Shown here piece by piece: positions 1-9,719 of a stretch of 64,000 nt of DNA. The translations under genes were made by a program, and so were the position numbers. Below the pieces are notes generated by a model. The model saw nothing but the letters and a program-made list of their open reading frames with translations, was not told where the DNA came from and did no database searches. The stretch comes from Candidatus Multivorans sp. (lineage in GTDB: Bacteria > Acidobacteriota > Thermoanaerobaculia > Multivoradales > Multivoraceae): NCBI GenBank assembly GCA_965247095.1, contig OZ251997.1:864001-928000 (forward strand), read 5' to 3'. Each line of letters begins with the position of its first letter. Positions within the stretch are counted from its first letter, which is position 1.

Positions 1-369
1 GTCGTAGGCGCCGGAGAGCGGGCCGTGCTTCCAGAAGCGGCCGTCCGCCGGCACCACGTCCGTGTGGTGGAGCAGGATGATGCCCGGCGCCGAACCGCCC
101 GTAAGACGCGCCCAGATGCTGCCCCGGCCGGGCGCCGGCTCGACGGTCTCGTAGGCGATCCCCTCGCGCTCGAAGATGTCCTCGAAGAAGGCGACGGCGC
201 GACTCTCGTTGCCGGGCGGGTTGGTCGTGTCGATCCGCAGGTACTGCTGCAGCCGTTCGGATGCCCGCGGCAGAGCCGGATCGTCGGTCTGGTCCTCCAG
301 GGGCGAACCGGCGGCGCCCATGGCCGCGAGAACTGCCATGGCCAGCGCGATCGTGGCCGGCGTGAGCAT
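1..369 (-). CDS. M20/M25/M40 family metallopeptidase (5' part; runs off the window)
   Basis: Hand translation from ATG 369: MLTPATIALAMAVLAA (signal)...YLRIDTTNPPGNE...GRGSIWARL...ILLHHTDVVPAD, the typical M20 N-terminal motifs. Confidence 0.9.
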   Translation of the reverse strand, partial: MLTPATIALAMAVLAAMGAAGSPLEDQTDDPALPRASERLQQYLRIDTTNPPGNESRAVAFFEDIFEREGIAYETVEPAPGRGSIWARLTGGSAPGIILLHHTDVVPADGRFWKHGPLSGAYD

Positions 370-615
370 TCTTGATTGTCGGGGTCGGAAGGGAATGCGA
401 ATCTACACCCGGGACGTCTGGCTGTTGCCTGCGACAGACGACCCGTGGGTCGCGGATCGTGTGGTTGGGAAGAGGAGGGCAAGCATATGGCAACTGGGAG
501 CGGATTCGCGGTGCGTCGTGTGGCGGAGAAGGAAGCTCAGGCGCCGAAGCGCCGTATCCCGCCTTGCCGCCGGTATGATCGCGCGGCCGCGCACCCACTT
601 GGAGGAGAAACCGCA

Positions 616-2577
616 TTGACCAGACCAAACGGAGCACTCAGGCCGTCGATCATCCTTGCCGCGCTGGTGCTGGCGGCGCCCGCATCCCGGGCACAGCACG
701 GCGTCGGCGCCGGCGACTGGCCGTCCTACGGCGGCGACTACGGCAGCACGAAGTACACCGCGCTCGATCAGATCGACCGCGACAACGTCGCCGACCTCGA
801 GGTGGCTTGGCGCTGGGCGTCTCCCGACAACGCCGAGGCCGAGACCAGGCACGCGATGCTCAAGCCGGGGCCCTACAAGGTGACGCCGCTGATGGTCGAC
901 GGCGTGCTCTACGTATCGACGTCATATGGCCAGGTGGCCGCGATCGACGGCGAGACCGGGGAGTCGAAGTGGGTCTTCGACACCGAGGACTGGCGCACGA
1001 GTCGGCCGACGAACCTGGGTTACAACCACCGCGGCGTCGGCTACTGGACGGACGGTGAGCAGGCGCGGATCCTGATGCCGACGAACCAGGCCTACCTGTG
1101 GGCGATCGACGCCCATACCGGCGAACCGGTCGGCGGCTTCGGGACGGAGGGCAAGGTCGATCTGACTGAGGGACTCGGCCGGACGGTGCCGCGCCGCGTG
1201 TACTCGGTGATCTCGGCGCCGATGGTCATCGGCGACACGGTGGTCGTCGGGTCGTCGATCTTCGACGGTCCGATCCGCAAGGAGATGCCCCCCGGCCATG
1301 TGCGCGGATTCGACGTGCGCACCGGCGAGCAGAAGTGGATCTTCCACACCATTCCCCAGGGCGACGAACCGGGAGTCGAGACCTGGGAGAACGAGTCGTG
1401 GACCTACAGCGGCAACACGAACGTCTGGTCCGTGATGAGCGGCGACCCGGAGCTGGGCTACGTCTACCTGCCCATCAGCACGCCGACGAACGACTGGTAT
1501 GGCGGCCACCGCCTGGGCGACAACCTCTACGCCGAGAGCCTGGTCTGCGTCGACGCGGACACCGGCGAAAAGGTGTGGCACTTCCAGTTCGTCCACCACG
1601 GCCTGTGGGACTACGACGTGCCGGCGGCGCCGAACCTGGTCGACATCGTGGTAGACGGCAAGGAGATCAAGGCCGTCGCCCAGATCACGAAGCAGGGCTT
1701 CATCTACGTCTTCGATCGCGAGACCGGCGAACCCGTGTGGCCGATCGAGGAGCGGCCGGTGCCGCAGACCGACGTGCCCGGCGAGCGCACATCGGAGACC
1801 CAGCCTTTCCCGACCAAGCCGGCGCCCTACGAGCACCAGGGGTTCGTCGGCGACGACATGCTGATTGCGTTCACTCCCGAACTGCACAAGGCGGCGAAGA
1901 AGATCCGGGACAAGTGGGTCTACGGGCCGCTGTTCACGCCGCCTTCGCTTCAGGGCACCGTGCTGCTCCCGGGTTGGGGCGGCGGCGCGAACTGGTACGG
2001 CGCGGCGGTCGATCCCGAGACCTCGACGATCTACATCCCGTCGTTCACCATGCCGATGGTCGTCAAGCTGACCGAGCCGGACGGCGCCCGCTCGAACTTC
2101 CGTTACATCCGCGGCATGAGCGGCATCGAGAGCTTCTTCCTCCCGGGTCCGATGGGCCTGCCCCTGACCAGGCCGCCCTATGGCCGGATGACTGCGATCG
2201 ATCTGAACACGGGCGAGCACGCCTGGATGAAGCCTCTCGGTGACGGCCCGCGAGCGCAGATCGAGCGGATTACCGGTGAGGATCCAGGTCCGCTTGGCGG
2301 ACCGCCCGCCGCCGGGCCGCTGCTGACCACCACCCTGCTGTTCCAGGCTCAGGGCGGCGCGCCGGGCATGGGCGGCGGTGGCGGTGGCGACGAGGTGTCC
2401 GTGCTGCGAGCATTCGACAAGAGGACCGGCGACGTGATCCACGAAGTGAACCTCGATCTGGCGCCGAGCGGTACGCCGATGTCCTACGAGATCGGCGGCC
2501 GTCAGTACATCGCCCTAGCGGCCGGCGGCGAGGGCCAGGCGGAGATCATTGCCCTGGCGTTGCCGGAAGCAGAGTAG
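616..2577 (+). CDS. PQQ-dependent (quinoprotein glucose-type) dehydrogenase
   Basis: GDWPSYGGD, TPLMVDGVLY, PGHVRGFDVRTG, WHFQFVHHGLWDYD, PMSYEIGGRQYI motifs; TTG 616 chosen after GGAGGAG RBS and before a signal peptide. Confidence 0.92.
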   Translation: MTRPNGALRPSIILAALVLAAPASRAQHGVGAGDWPSYGGDYGSTKYTALDQIDRDNVADLEVAWRWASPDNAEAETRHAMLKPGPYKVTPLMVDGVLYVSTSYGQVAAIDGETGESKWVFDTEDWRTSRPTNLGYNHRGVGYWTDGEQARILMPTNQAYLWAIDAHTGEPVGGFGTEGKVDLTEGLGRTVPRRVYSVISAPMVIGDTVVVGSSIFDGPIRKEMPPGHVRGFDVRTGEQKWIFHTIPQGDEPGVETWENESWTYSGNTNVWSVMSGDPELGYVYLPISTPTNDWYGGHRLGDNLYAESLVCVDADTGEKVWHFQFVHHGLWDYDVPAAPNLVDIVVDGKEIKAVAQITKQGFIYVFDRETGEPVWPIEERPVPQTDVPGERTSETQPFPTKPAPYEHQGFVGDDMLIAFTPELHKAAKKIRDKWVYGPLFTPPSLQGTVLLPGWGGGANWYGAAVDPETSTIYIPSFTMPMVVKLTEPDGARSNFRYIRGMSGIESFFLPGPMGLPLTRPPYGRMTAIDLNTGEHAWMKPLGDGPRAQIERITGEDPGPLGGPPAAGPLLTTTLLFQAQGGAPGMGGGGGGDEVSVLRAFDKRTGDVIHEVNLDLAPSGTPMSYEIGGRQYIALAAGGEGQAEIIALALPEAE

Positions 2578-2590
2578 GGAGAACGGACGA

Positions 2591-3451
2591 ATGAAACTCC
2601 TTTCCCTGGTGCGAGACGGCCGATCCGCGATCGGCGTGCTGGCGGACGAGCAGACCGTCGTCGACCTGAGCATTGCTTTGCCGGACCTGCCGCGCGGCAT
2701 GTGCCGGTTCCTGGCTGCCGGCGAGGGAGCGATGGAGGCGGCTCGTCGCGCCCTGGACTCGGGCGCCGGCCGCGCGTCCCTGGCCGATCAGAAACTGCTG
2801 GCCCCGGTGCCGCGGCCGCGGAAGTTCCTCGCCATCGGCCTGAACTACGCCGACCACGCGGCCGAGACCGGGCAGAAGCCGCCGTCGTTCCCGACGGTCT
2901 TTAACAAGCAGGTCACCTGCATCAACAGGCCGGGTGGCGACATCCACATCCCGCGGGCATCCTCCGCGGTCGACTACGAAGGCGAGTTCGCCTTCGTCAT
3001 CGGCCGCCGTTGCCGTGGCGTGGCGGCAGCCGACGCCGACTCGGTCATCGCCGGTTACACGATCGTCAACGACGTCTCCGTCCGCGACTGGCAGCGACGG
3101 TCTCCGACGATGATCCTGGGCAAGGGCTGGGACACCCACGGTCCGATGGGGCCGTTCCTGGTTACGGCCGACGAGGTCGAGGATCCGCACTCGCTCGGCA
3201 TCCGCACCTGGGTCAACGGCGAGCTGCGGCAGGACTCGAACACGCGCGAGCTGGTCTTCGACTGTCCGAAGCTGGTCGAGACGATCTCGACGATGTGTAC
3301 GCTCGAGCCCGGTGACGTGGTGACCACGGGCACGCCGGCGGGCGTCGGTTTGGGCCACAAACCGCCGAAGTTCCTGGTTCCCGGCGATGTGGTGCGGATC
3401 GAGATCGACGGCCTCGGGGCGCTGGAGAACCCCGTAATCGCCGAGCCGTAG
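2591..3451 (+). CDS. Fumarylacetoacetate hydrolase family protein
   Basis: IGLNYADH, DYEGE, GYTIVNDVSVRDWQ, GKGWDT, TLEPGDVVTTGTPAGVG. Confidence 0.93.
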   Translation: MKLLSLVRDGRSAIGVLADEQTVVDLSIALPDLPRGMCRFLAAGEGAMEAARRALDSGAGRASLADQKLLAPVPRPRKFLAIGLNYADHAAETGQKPPSFPTVFNKQVTCINRPGGDIHIPRASSAVDYEGEFAFVIGRRCRGVAAADADSVIAGYTIVNDVSVRDWQRRSPTMILGKGWDTHGPMGPFLVTADEVEDPHSLGIRTWVNGELRQDSNTRELVFDCPKLVETISTMCTLEPGDVVTTGTPAGVGLGHKPPKFLVPGDVVRIEIDGLGALENPVIAEP

Positions 3452-3478
3452 CGGCTAGCGCGGCAGAACTCCCAGAGG

Positions 3479-3592
3479 CCGGCGCTTCGCGCCGGATGCG
3501 GGCAGGATGCCCGCGTGCCATCCGTGCGCCCGATGACGGGCGCACGGAGTGGTTCGCGTGTGGCGCGGGTCGCGCCACACGGGTTCCCAGGT
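3479..3592. repeat. Composite REP-like palindromic element between convergent genes
   Basis: CCGGCGC-TTC-GCGCCGG hairpin, ATGCGGGCAGGATGCCCGCG palindrome, then a 72-nt two-hairpin module (3516-3587) that recurs inverted at 25303-25374. Confidence 0.8.
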
Positions 3593-3617
3593 CAGATCGT
3601 TCTGCCGCGCACGCCCG

Positions 3618-6600
3618 CTAGCCGCGTCCGCGGCCGACCGCCATGCGCACTTCGCGATCGGGCTGTTTGGACTTCAGCTCGACCTTGATCGACTGGACTT
3701 CACTCGAAGTCAGGGGCGCGCTCGTCGAGTACCCGAGCATGTACTGGCTGCGGAGTTCAGTGCCGATGTGCTCGTAGGCCCCGAGCACGGCGTCCATGCT
3801 GCCGACGTAGTAGACCCGGCCGCCGCTGGCCTTGGAGATCGCCTCCATGTCGAGCTTGCGGGGGCCGCGTCCCCGCGGGTCTTCACCCTGGATCATGTTG
3901 ATCACGTAGATCGGCACGCCCGTGTTGCCGGCGGTCCTGAACGTCCTGCGGTAGCTGCTCTGGCTGCCGAAGTCGTCGCCGTCCGTGAGCAGGACCAGGG
4001 CCCGTCGGCCCTGGTCCCGGGCGAGGTGGACGAGGCTGAACTCCATCGCGTCGTACAGCGCGGTCTGACCGTCGGCCCGCAGGTCCTTCAGACTGCCGAT
4101 CAGGTCCCTCACGTCGGCCGTCGTGTCGGAGATCAGCCGGGGGCGGGTATCGAAGTCGACGAGGAAGGCCTGATCGATCCTGGTCAGGGTGTTGCCGAGG
4201 AAGCGGGCGGCCGCCTTGCGGACGTCCGCCATCAGGAAATCCATGCTCCGGGAGCTGTCGACCGCGAGTCCCAGCACCAGGGGCACGTCCTCGGCGACCG
4301 CGAAGCGCTCGATCGGGATCTGGTCGCGGCCGCCGAGCAGGACGAAGTCCTCCTGGCCCAGCGTGGTGATCGGCTTGCCCTCCTCGTCGTTGACGACGAC
4401 GTACACCTCGACCAGGTTGACGATCGTCGCGGCCACGGGTGCGTCGGAGGACAGGAACTCCACGTCCTCGATCATCGTGCCGTCGTCGAGGTAAACCGCG
4501 ATGCGGGCGAAGTCGACGCCCGGCATGGCGGGCCCCGGCAGGACGGTGCGGAAGGGTGGCCGGGTCATGGTCACCGCGAGCCGGCCGTTGCGGTAGAACT
4601 CGACCCGGTCGAGCCTCCGTCCAGCGACCAGTTCGACCTGCGCTTCGATGGCGTAGTTTCCTCCCGCCTGCGCCTCGACCGAGGCGATGCCGATCTCGGT
4701 GTTCCTCCGCGGCTGGTTGATCGGCAGTTCGTCGTCGTCCAGCCGCCGGTCCGCGCGGTCGTAGCCGACGATGCGGATGACGTGGGGAACCGCCTCCGGT
4801 CCGAGGTCGATCCGGGTTTCGAAGGGCTTCCGCTTGTCGTCGAAGACCAGTTCGCCGTCGAGGTAGAACTCGACCCGGCGCACGATGTCGCTCGTCGTCA
4901 CCGTGCCAAAGGACTTCTTGCCTCGCAGTCCCGAGCGCTCGCCGCGGGGGGGCAGCAGGCGCACCCAGTTCCGCTGCGGTGCGGCATCCGGTTCGCCGGG
5001 AGCGGCGCCGCCGCGCCAGCCGGCGCGCCGGGCGACGGACCGCGCCGCCGCAAGGAGGCCGGCTTCGGTGGTCTCGGCCGGATCGCCTCCACCGGCGCCG
5101 TCCGGAGTCAGCAACTCGACGTCGCTCCGCTTGTCGAGGGGGTTGGAACCCTGTTCGAGGAAGATGGCATGCCACCGGTCGTTTCGCAGATCCTCGACCA
5201 TCAGGACCAGCTCGTCGATCGCCGTCGGCAGATCGAACAGGGTTCGGAACCGAAAGATCCCGCGGTCGAGTTCGGCCCCCGAGCCGGTGCGGTGGATCAG
5301 CAGGGGAGGGGCGTCCAGACCGCGGCCGTAGATCGTGATCCGCAGGGCTTCGCTGGACGTTGGCGGCAGGCTGCCGACGGTGGCGAGGCCGTCGATCGTG
5401 GCCAGTTCGGCGGGCGCTCCGTCGGCGATCGACTCGATGCCCTGCGGCAGCAGGACGCCGCGGAGGGCGAGTTCGGCGTTGCCGGCGATTGCGGCATCGC
5501 CACCGCCCCGGGTCATGCTCTCCAGCGCCCGGTTCGCGCGCAGGGCGACCAGGTCCGTCGGCGCCGCGACCGTGGCCCAGCGGCGAGCGGCGAGGTCCGG
5601 CGGCGGGCCGCCGGAGGAGGACGCGACGCGCACGTCGACCGGGTGTGGCGCCCCGTCACGATGGCCGGCCGAGCCGTAGCGCACGCGCCACGATTCGCCG
5701 AGCTGAAGGGTCGCGGCGGTGACCTCCTCGGAACTGGTCAGCACTTGACCGCCGCTGGCCTGAGCGAACTCCTCCGAGTGCTGCCGGCGTCCGGGCAGGA
5801 GGTCGTCGATCGCCTCTGCCGGAGGCGCCACATGAAGCGGGTAGACACGCCAGCCCAGGGCGGCAACGGCCCGCGCCAGACTCCGTTGCCGGCGCCGTTC
5901 ACTGACTGCCGCACGCTCGAAGGCCGGAGTCGGTGCGCCGAGCAGCCGCTGCGCGAAGGCGTCGGCGTTCAGGTCCATGCCGTCGCGCACCAGGAGCAGG
6001 GTCCTTGGCGGCCCCCGCGCCCAGGAGGCCGTGCCCAGCGACTCGAGCAGGTTCGCCCGCTGCCGGTTCAGGGTGTCCAGTTCCTGCAGAAAGCCCTCCA
6101 GGAGGTCGGCCGTGCGCAGACCGTCGGCATCCGGGTCGCCGGAGCGCGCGTCGGCCGCGGCCTTCATTTGCCTTCGCAGCGCAAGCACGCCGCCTGCCTC
6201 GTGCGCGTGTCCCGCGACCCCGGCCGCGGCTTCACGCACTTCGTCTGCGTCCGCGGTCGGTTCCAGGACGACCTCGACGATCCGGTCGGCGGTGATCATC
6301 TCCACTTCGCCGAGCGCCACCAGCCGGTCGGCTGCCGCGCCGACCGCGGCCGCCGCGGCCTCGATGCCTGCCGGGGTCGATGCGCGCAGGTCGAAGTAGA
6401 CGACGATGCGCCAGCGGTCGGTGACCCGGTCGACGGTAGACACCTCTCGCGGCTCGCCGTTTTCCAGGATCTCGACCGCCTTGGCGTCCAGCCGCCGGTT
6501 GGGCTGGGAGGGAACCTGAAAGATGAGGTCACTCTCCCGGCTCAGCACCTGCGCGTCCGCCGGAGCGGGATGGATCCCGGCCGGCACCCCGAGTGCGGTC

Positions 6601-6644
6601 AGGACGAGTACCAGCAGCCGACACCGGGAGTGCGAGGCGGTCAT
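3618..6644 (-). CDS. Secreted VWA-domain protein (Acidobacterial VWFA-related) with Ig-like domains
   Basis: Signal peptide; Ig-like RVEFYLDG and RVEFYRNG repeats; C-terminal VNLVEVYVVV...DSSRSM (MIDAS), TALYDA, LLTDGDD, ELRSQYMLGY. Confidence 0.88.
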   Translation of the reverse strand: MTASHSRCRLLVLVLTALGVPAGIHPAPADAQVLSRESDLIFQVPSQPNRRLDAKAVEILENGEPREVSTVDRVTDRWRIVVYFDLRASTPAGIEAAAAAVGAAADRLVALGEVEMITADRIVEVVLEPTADADEVREAAAGVAGHAHEAGGVLALRRQMKAAADARSGDPDADGLRTADLLEGFLQELDTLNRQRANLLESLGTASWARGPPRTLLLVRDGMDLNADAFAQRLLGAPTPAFERAAVSERRRQRSLARAVAALGWRVYPLHVAPPAEAIDDLLPGRRQHSEEFAQASGGQVLTSSEEVTAATLQLGESWRVRYGSAGHRDGAPHPVDVRVASSSGGPPPDLAARRWATVAAPTDLVALRANRALESMTRGGGDAAIAGNAELALRGVLLPQGIESIADGAPAELATIDGLATVGSLPPTSSEALRITIYGRGLDAPPLLIHRTGSGAELDRGIFRFRTLFDLPTAIDELVLMVEDLRNDRWHAIFLEQGSNPLDKRSDVELLTPDGAGGGDPAETTEAGLLAAARSVARRAGWRGGAAPGEPDAAPQRNWVRLLPPRGERSGLRGKKSFGTVTTSDIVRRVEFYLDGELVFDDKRKPFETRIDLGPEAVPHVIRIVGYDRADRRLDDDELPINQPRRNTEIGIASVEAQAGGNYAIEAQVELVAGRRLDRVEFYRNGRLAVTMTRPPFRTVLPGPAMPGVDFARIAVYLDDGTMIEDVEFLSSDAPVAATIVNLVEVYVVVNDEEGKPITTLGQEDFVLLGGRDQIPIERFAVAEDVPLVLGLAVDSSRSMDFLMADVRKAAARFLGNTLTRIDQAFLVDFDTRPRLISDTTADVRDLIGSLKDLRADGQTALYDAMEFSLVHLARDQGRRALVLLTDGDDFGSQSSYRRTFRTAGNTGVPIYVINMIQGEDPRGRGPRKLDMEAISKASGGRVYYVGSMDAVLGAYEHIGTELRSQYMLGYSTSAPLTSSEVQSIKVELKSKQPDREVRMAVGRGRG

Positions 6645-6651
6645 CGCGTTT

Positions 6652-9600
6652 CTACCTGACCTCGCGGCCCTCGATCGTCCTCGCCGTCACTCCACTGCGG
6701 TCGAGCTCCACGTTGACCTGGCGCCAGTTCGGTCCTCCCGGCTCCTCCTTCGGATAGTAGGTGAGCAGGTAGTGGCTCCGGAGCTCGCGACTGATCGCCT
6801 CGAAGATCGGCGCCAAGTCCTGGTTGTGCCGCACGTAGTAGACGCGGCCGCCGCCGGCCTTCGCCATCCGTTCGAGTTTGCTGACGAAGGTGCGGGTACT
6901 GAAGCTGCGCCCGTCCGTGCGCGCCGCCTCGTCGTTCATCAGCACGAGGTAGACGGGAACGCGGGCGTGCCGGGCCTGCTCCAGGCTTTGCCTGAAGGCG
7001 GCGTCGGAGTCCTGGTCGTCTCCGTCGTAGAAGACGACCAGGGCCTTGCGGCCCCGCAGGCCCTCGAGCTGGTCCAGAGCCAGCGAAAGCGCTCCCCACA
7101 CCGCGGTGCGGCCTCGCGGCCGGAGCGAACCGATGCCGCCGCGCACCGCGTTCAGGTTGTACGTGGCGGCGCGAACCAGCCGCGGTTCGGTGCCGAAGCC
7201 GACCAGGAAGGCCCGATCCCGGCTGGTCTCGAGCGAATCGAGGAACGCCGTCGCGGCGCGCTTCACGTCGGGCATGCGCAGAAACAGGCTGCTCGAGGTG
7301 TCGATCGCCAGGCCCAGGGTCAGGGGGAGGTCGAAGGCGACCCGGAACGACTCCAGTTCCTGGGCGCGGTCGTCCTCGAAGACGGAGAAGTCCGCGGCCG
7401 ACAGATCCCGCACGGGTAGTCCGGACCGGTCCGTGGCGACGACGTAGAGCTGCACCAGTTCGACGCCGATACGGGCCGAGAGGCCGGGTCGGCTGAGAAA
7501 GATGACGTCCTCCGCGATGCGGCCGTCCAGCAAATGGGCCTCGACCCGCAGGAAGTTCTCCGGGTCGCCCACCGGCACCAGCACTTCCCGGCGGAACGGC
7601 TCTTCCCGGACCGTCGTCGCCAGCCTGTCCTTGACGAAGAAGCGCATCTCGGCGAGGCGGCTGCCGCGCGGCACCTTGACTTCCGCGGCAACGTCGACGG
7701 GGCCGGCGTGGGGACCGCCCTCCGGTTCGGTGATGCGCACCCAGAACGCGTGCGGCGGCTGGTTGACGAGCAGTTCGTGGCGGTCGAGTTCCCGGTCCTC
7801 GGCGTCGAAGGCCACTGCCTCGACCCGGCCGAGGCGGTCGCCCCGCCCGAGGTCGATGCGAGCACGGTACGGCGCCCGGTTGCGGGCGGCGACGCGCCGG
7901 CCGTTGTAGTAGAAGACGACCCGCTGCACCCGGTCGGTGAAACCTTTCTGGACTTCGGCTACGAAGGCGACCCGACCGCGCCGGTCGGTCGGATCCTCGG
8001 GTCTCAGGTTGATCGCGCGCGAAAGCGTACGGACTTCGGCCTCCGTTCTCAGGTCCGCCACGTCGACGAAGTCGACCAGCGCATAGCCCCAGCGTCCGGA
8101 GGCGAGGTTTTCGGCCAGCACGATCGCGGAGTCGGTGCCGGGCGGGAGTTGGAGCGGCCGCTCGAAGGACAGGTGTTCGGCGCCGGGCGGTGCAAAGGGG
8201 CGGCCGTGACTGGCGACCACGCTGCCGTCCTCGCGGTGGAGTCCGGTGCTGACCCGCCACGATGCGGCCTCGCCTGGTGGCGCGCCCGCGGGCGGCACGA
8301 TGGTGCTGGTCAGACGTCCAACCGTGCGCTCGGGCGACGTGGACTCGATCTGGATCGAGGCGACGACTTCGATACCGCTATTGCCTCCGCCCTCGAACTC
8401 GCTGTCCAGATCGCCCTCGAAGGCGCGCCGCAGCCGCATCTCGGCAACGTCGTCCGGCGAGCCCGCGCCGGCAACCAAGGTCGGCGCACGGAGTTCGTGA
8501 TCTTGGTTTCGTGACCGCAGCTCGAACGGACCGGCGGCGGCCGCACCGTCCGGAAGCTGGAACCTGGCCTCGAAACGGCGGGGAAGCCGCTCGATCCACC
8601 CGGCGATCTCCAGACTGTTCGAGAGCACCTCGCCGCCCGTGGCCGCGGCGGCCACGTCCCAGTCCGATGGCTGGACGAAGAGCCGGAGTTCCTCCTCGAC
8701 GGTTTGCTGCGCACCGGACCGCCGGCGGCCGAAACGGAGCGTGAAGCCGACCGTCACTTCGTTCGAGCTGAGGTCGACGCCGTCGTCCTCGTCCTCGGAT
8801 ACGAAGGCGATCGGCGCCGCGGTCCAGCCGAAGGCCGCCGCGGTGCGGGCCACGGGCCGAAGGCTCGGCATGGCCGCCGACTCCACCGCGAGCGAGCCGG
8901 CGGTCGGTACCAGTTCCAGGTAGTAGCTCAGCGGATCGGTGACCAGGCCATCGCTGAGCAGAACCAGATGCCGCCGTGCGCCTTGCTCTTCCCCTGGATC
9001 GAGGGTGTCGTCATCGAGCGACGCCACGGCCTGCGGCGCCTCACGCCTCAGATCCTCGCGGTCGGCGAGAAACGCGACGAGTCCGTCGATCTGGTTGCGG
9101 CGCATGGCCGCCTCCTCACGGAGCGCGTCGGTCGCCATCTGCTGCAGCAGGGTATCGAGCTCGGTCGCCCACTCGTCCCCGGAAGCGGCCTGGCTTCGTC
9201 GCGCACGGGAGATCTCGATCTGCCGCTCGCTGGCGAACAGGCGCCGCCTTTCGACCAGCGCGCTCGCGGCCTCCTCGCTGGTGGCCAGCCGGCTCAGCGC
9301 GGCTTCGGCCAGCTCGAGGTCCCGGGTCGGCGGCAGGATCGTGCGAGCGGCCGGGTCCGCCACCACGATTTCCAGGCTGCCGAGCGCCAGCAGCGCGTCG
9401 AGCTGTTCGAGCAGCGAGTTCGCCAGTTGATGAACGGAGCTTGGCGTGGTCAGCGCGAAGTCGATGTAGACGAGGGTCTGCCAGCCGTCTTCGGCCGTCG
9501 TGACGCCCTCGATCTCGACCGGCGTTCCGTCGACCCGAAGTTCCAGTTGCCCGTTCAGGTCCGCCTGAGACGCCCCCTCCGCCTCGAACGTGACGGTCTG

Positions 9601-9672
9601 CTGTGCCAGTGCCGCACTCGCCGCGCACACCCACAACAGAGCCGCCGCCGGCCATCTCCTTCGCGTCAACAT
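6652..9672 (-). CDS. Secreted VWA-domain protein with Ig-like domains (paralog of 3618-6644)
   Basis: Start ATG 9672 (MLTRRRWPAAALLW signal); VELVQLYVVATD, DTSSS MIDAS, RKALVVFYDGDD, ELRSHYLLTY. Confidence 0.87.
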   Translation of the reverse strand: MLTRRRWPAAALLWVCAASAALAQQTVTFEAEGASQADLNGQLELRVDGTPVEIEGVTTAEDGWQTLVYIDFALTTPSSVHQLANSLLEQLDALLALGSLEIVVADPAARTILPPTRDLELAEAALSRLATSEEAASALVERRRLFASERQIEISRARRSQAASGDEWATELDTLLQQMATDALREEAAMRRNQIDGLVAFLADREDLRREAPQAVASLDDDTLDPGEEQGARRHLVLLSDGLVTDPLSYYLELVPTAGSLAVESAAMPSLRPVARTAAAFGWTAAPIAFVSEDEDDGVDLSSNEVTVGFTLRFGRRRSGAQQTVEEELRLFVQPSDWDVAAAATGGEVLSNSLEIAGWIERLPRRFEARFQLPDGAAAAGPFELRSRNQDHELRAPTLVAGAGSPDDVAEMRLRRAFEGDLDSEFEGGGNSGIEVVASIQIESTSPERTVGRLTSTIVPPAGAPPGEAASWRVSTGLHREDGSVVASHGRPFAPPGAEHLSFERPLQLPPGTDSAIVLAENLASGRWGYALVDFVDVADLRTEAEVRTLSRAINLRPEDPTDRRGRVAFVAEVQKGFTDRVQRVVFYYNGRRVAARNRAPYRARIDLGRGDRLGRVEAVAFDAEDRELDRHELLVNQPPHAFWVRITEPEGGPHAGPVDVAAEVKVPRGSRLAEMRFFVKDRLATTVREEPFRREVLVPVGDPENFLRVEAHLLDGRIAEDVIFLSRPGLSARIGVELVQLYVVATDRSGLPVRDLSAADFSVFEDDRAQELESFRVAFDLPLTLGLAIDTSSSLFLRMPDVKRAATAFLDSLETSRDRAFLVGFGTEPRLVRAATYNLNAVRGGIGSLRPRGRTAVWGALSLALDQLEGLRGRKALVVFYDGDDQDSDAAFRQSLEQARHARVPVYLVLMNDEAARTDGRSFSTRTFVSKLERMAKAGGGRVYYVRHNQDLAPIFEAISRELRSHYLLTYYPKEEPGGPNWRQVNVELDRSGVTARTIEGREVR

Positions 9673-9719
9673 CGGTCCGGCCTTTATCCTTGCAAGACCG
9701 ACGCCACCGACGCCACAGC

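Noticed and set aside
376-615. Long N-terminal ORF extensions (also 9673-9942, 18110-18253, 29078-29194, 38133-38342, 61966-62190)
   Set aside because: Better RBS- and signal-peptide-supported starts lie downstream; the extensions overlap neighbours or repeats
3549-6659. Long antisense ORFs (also 922-2442, 12487-14394, 26651-29104, 53370-54923 and others)
   Set aside because: Shadow frames of real genes caused by high-GC codon bias; no recognisable motifs
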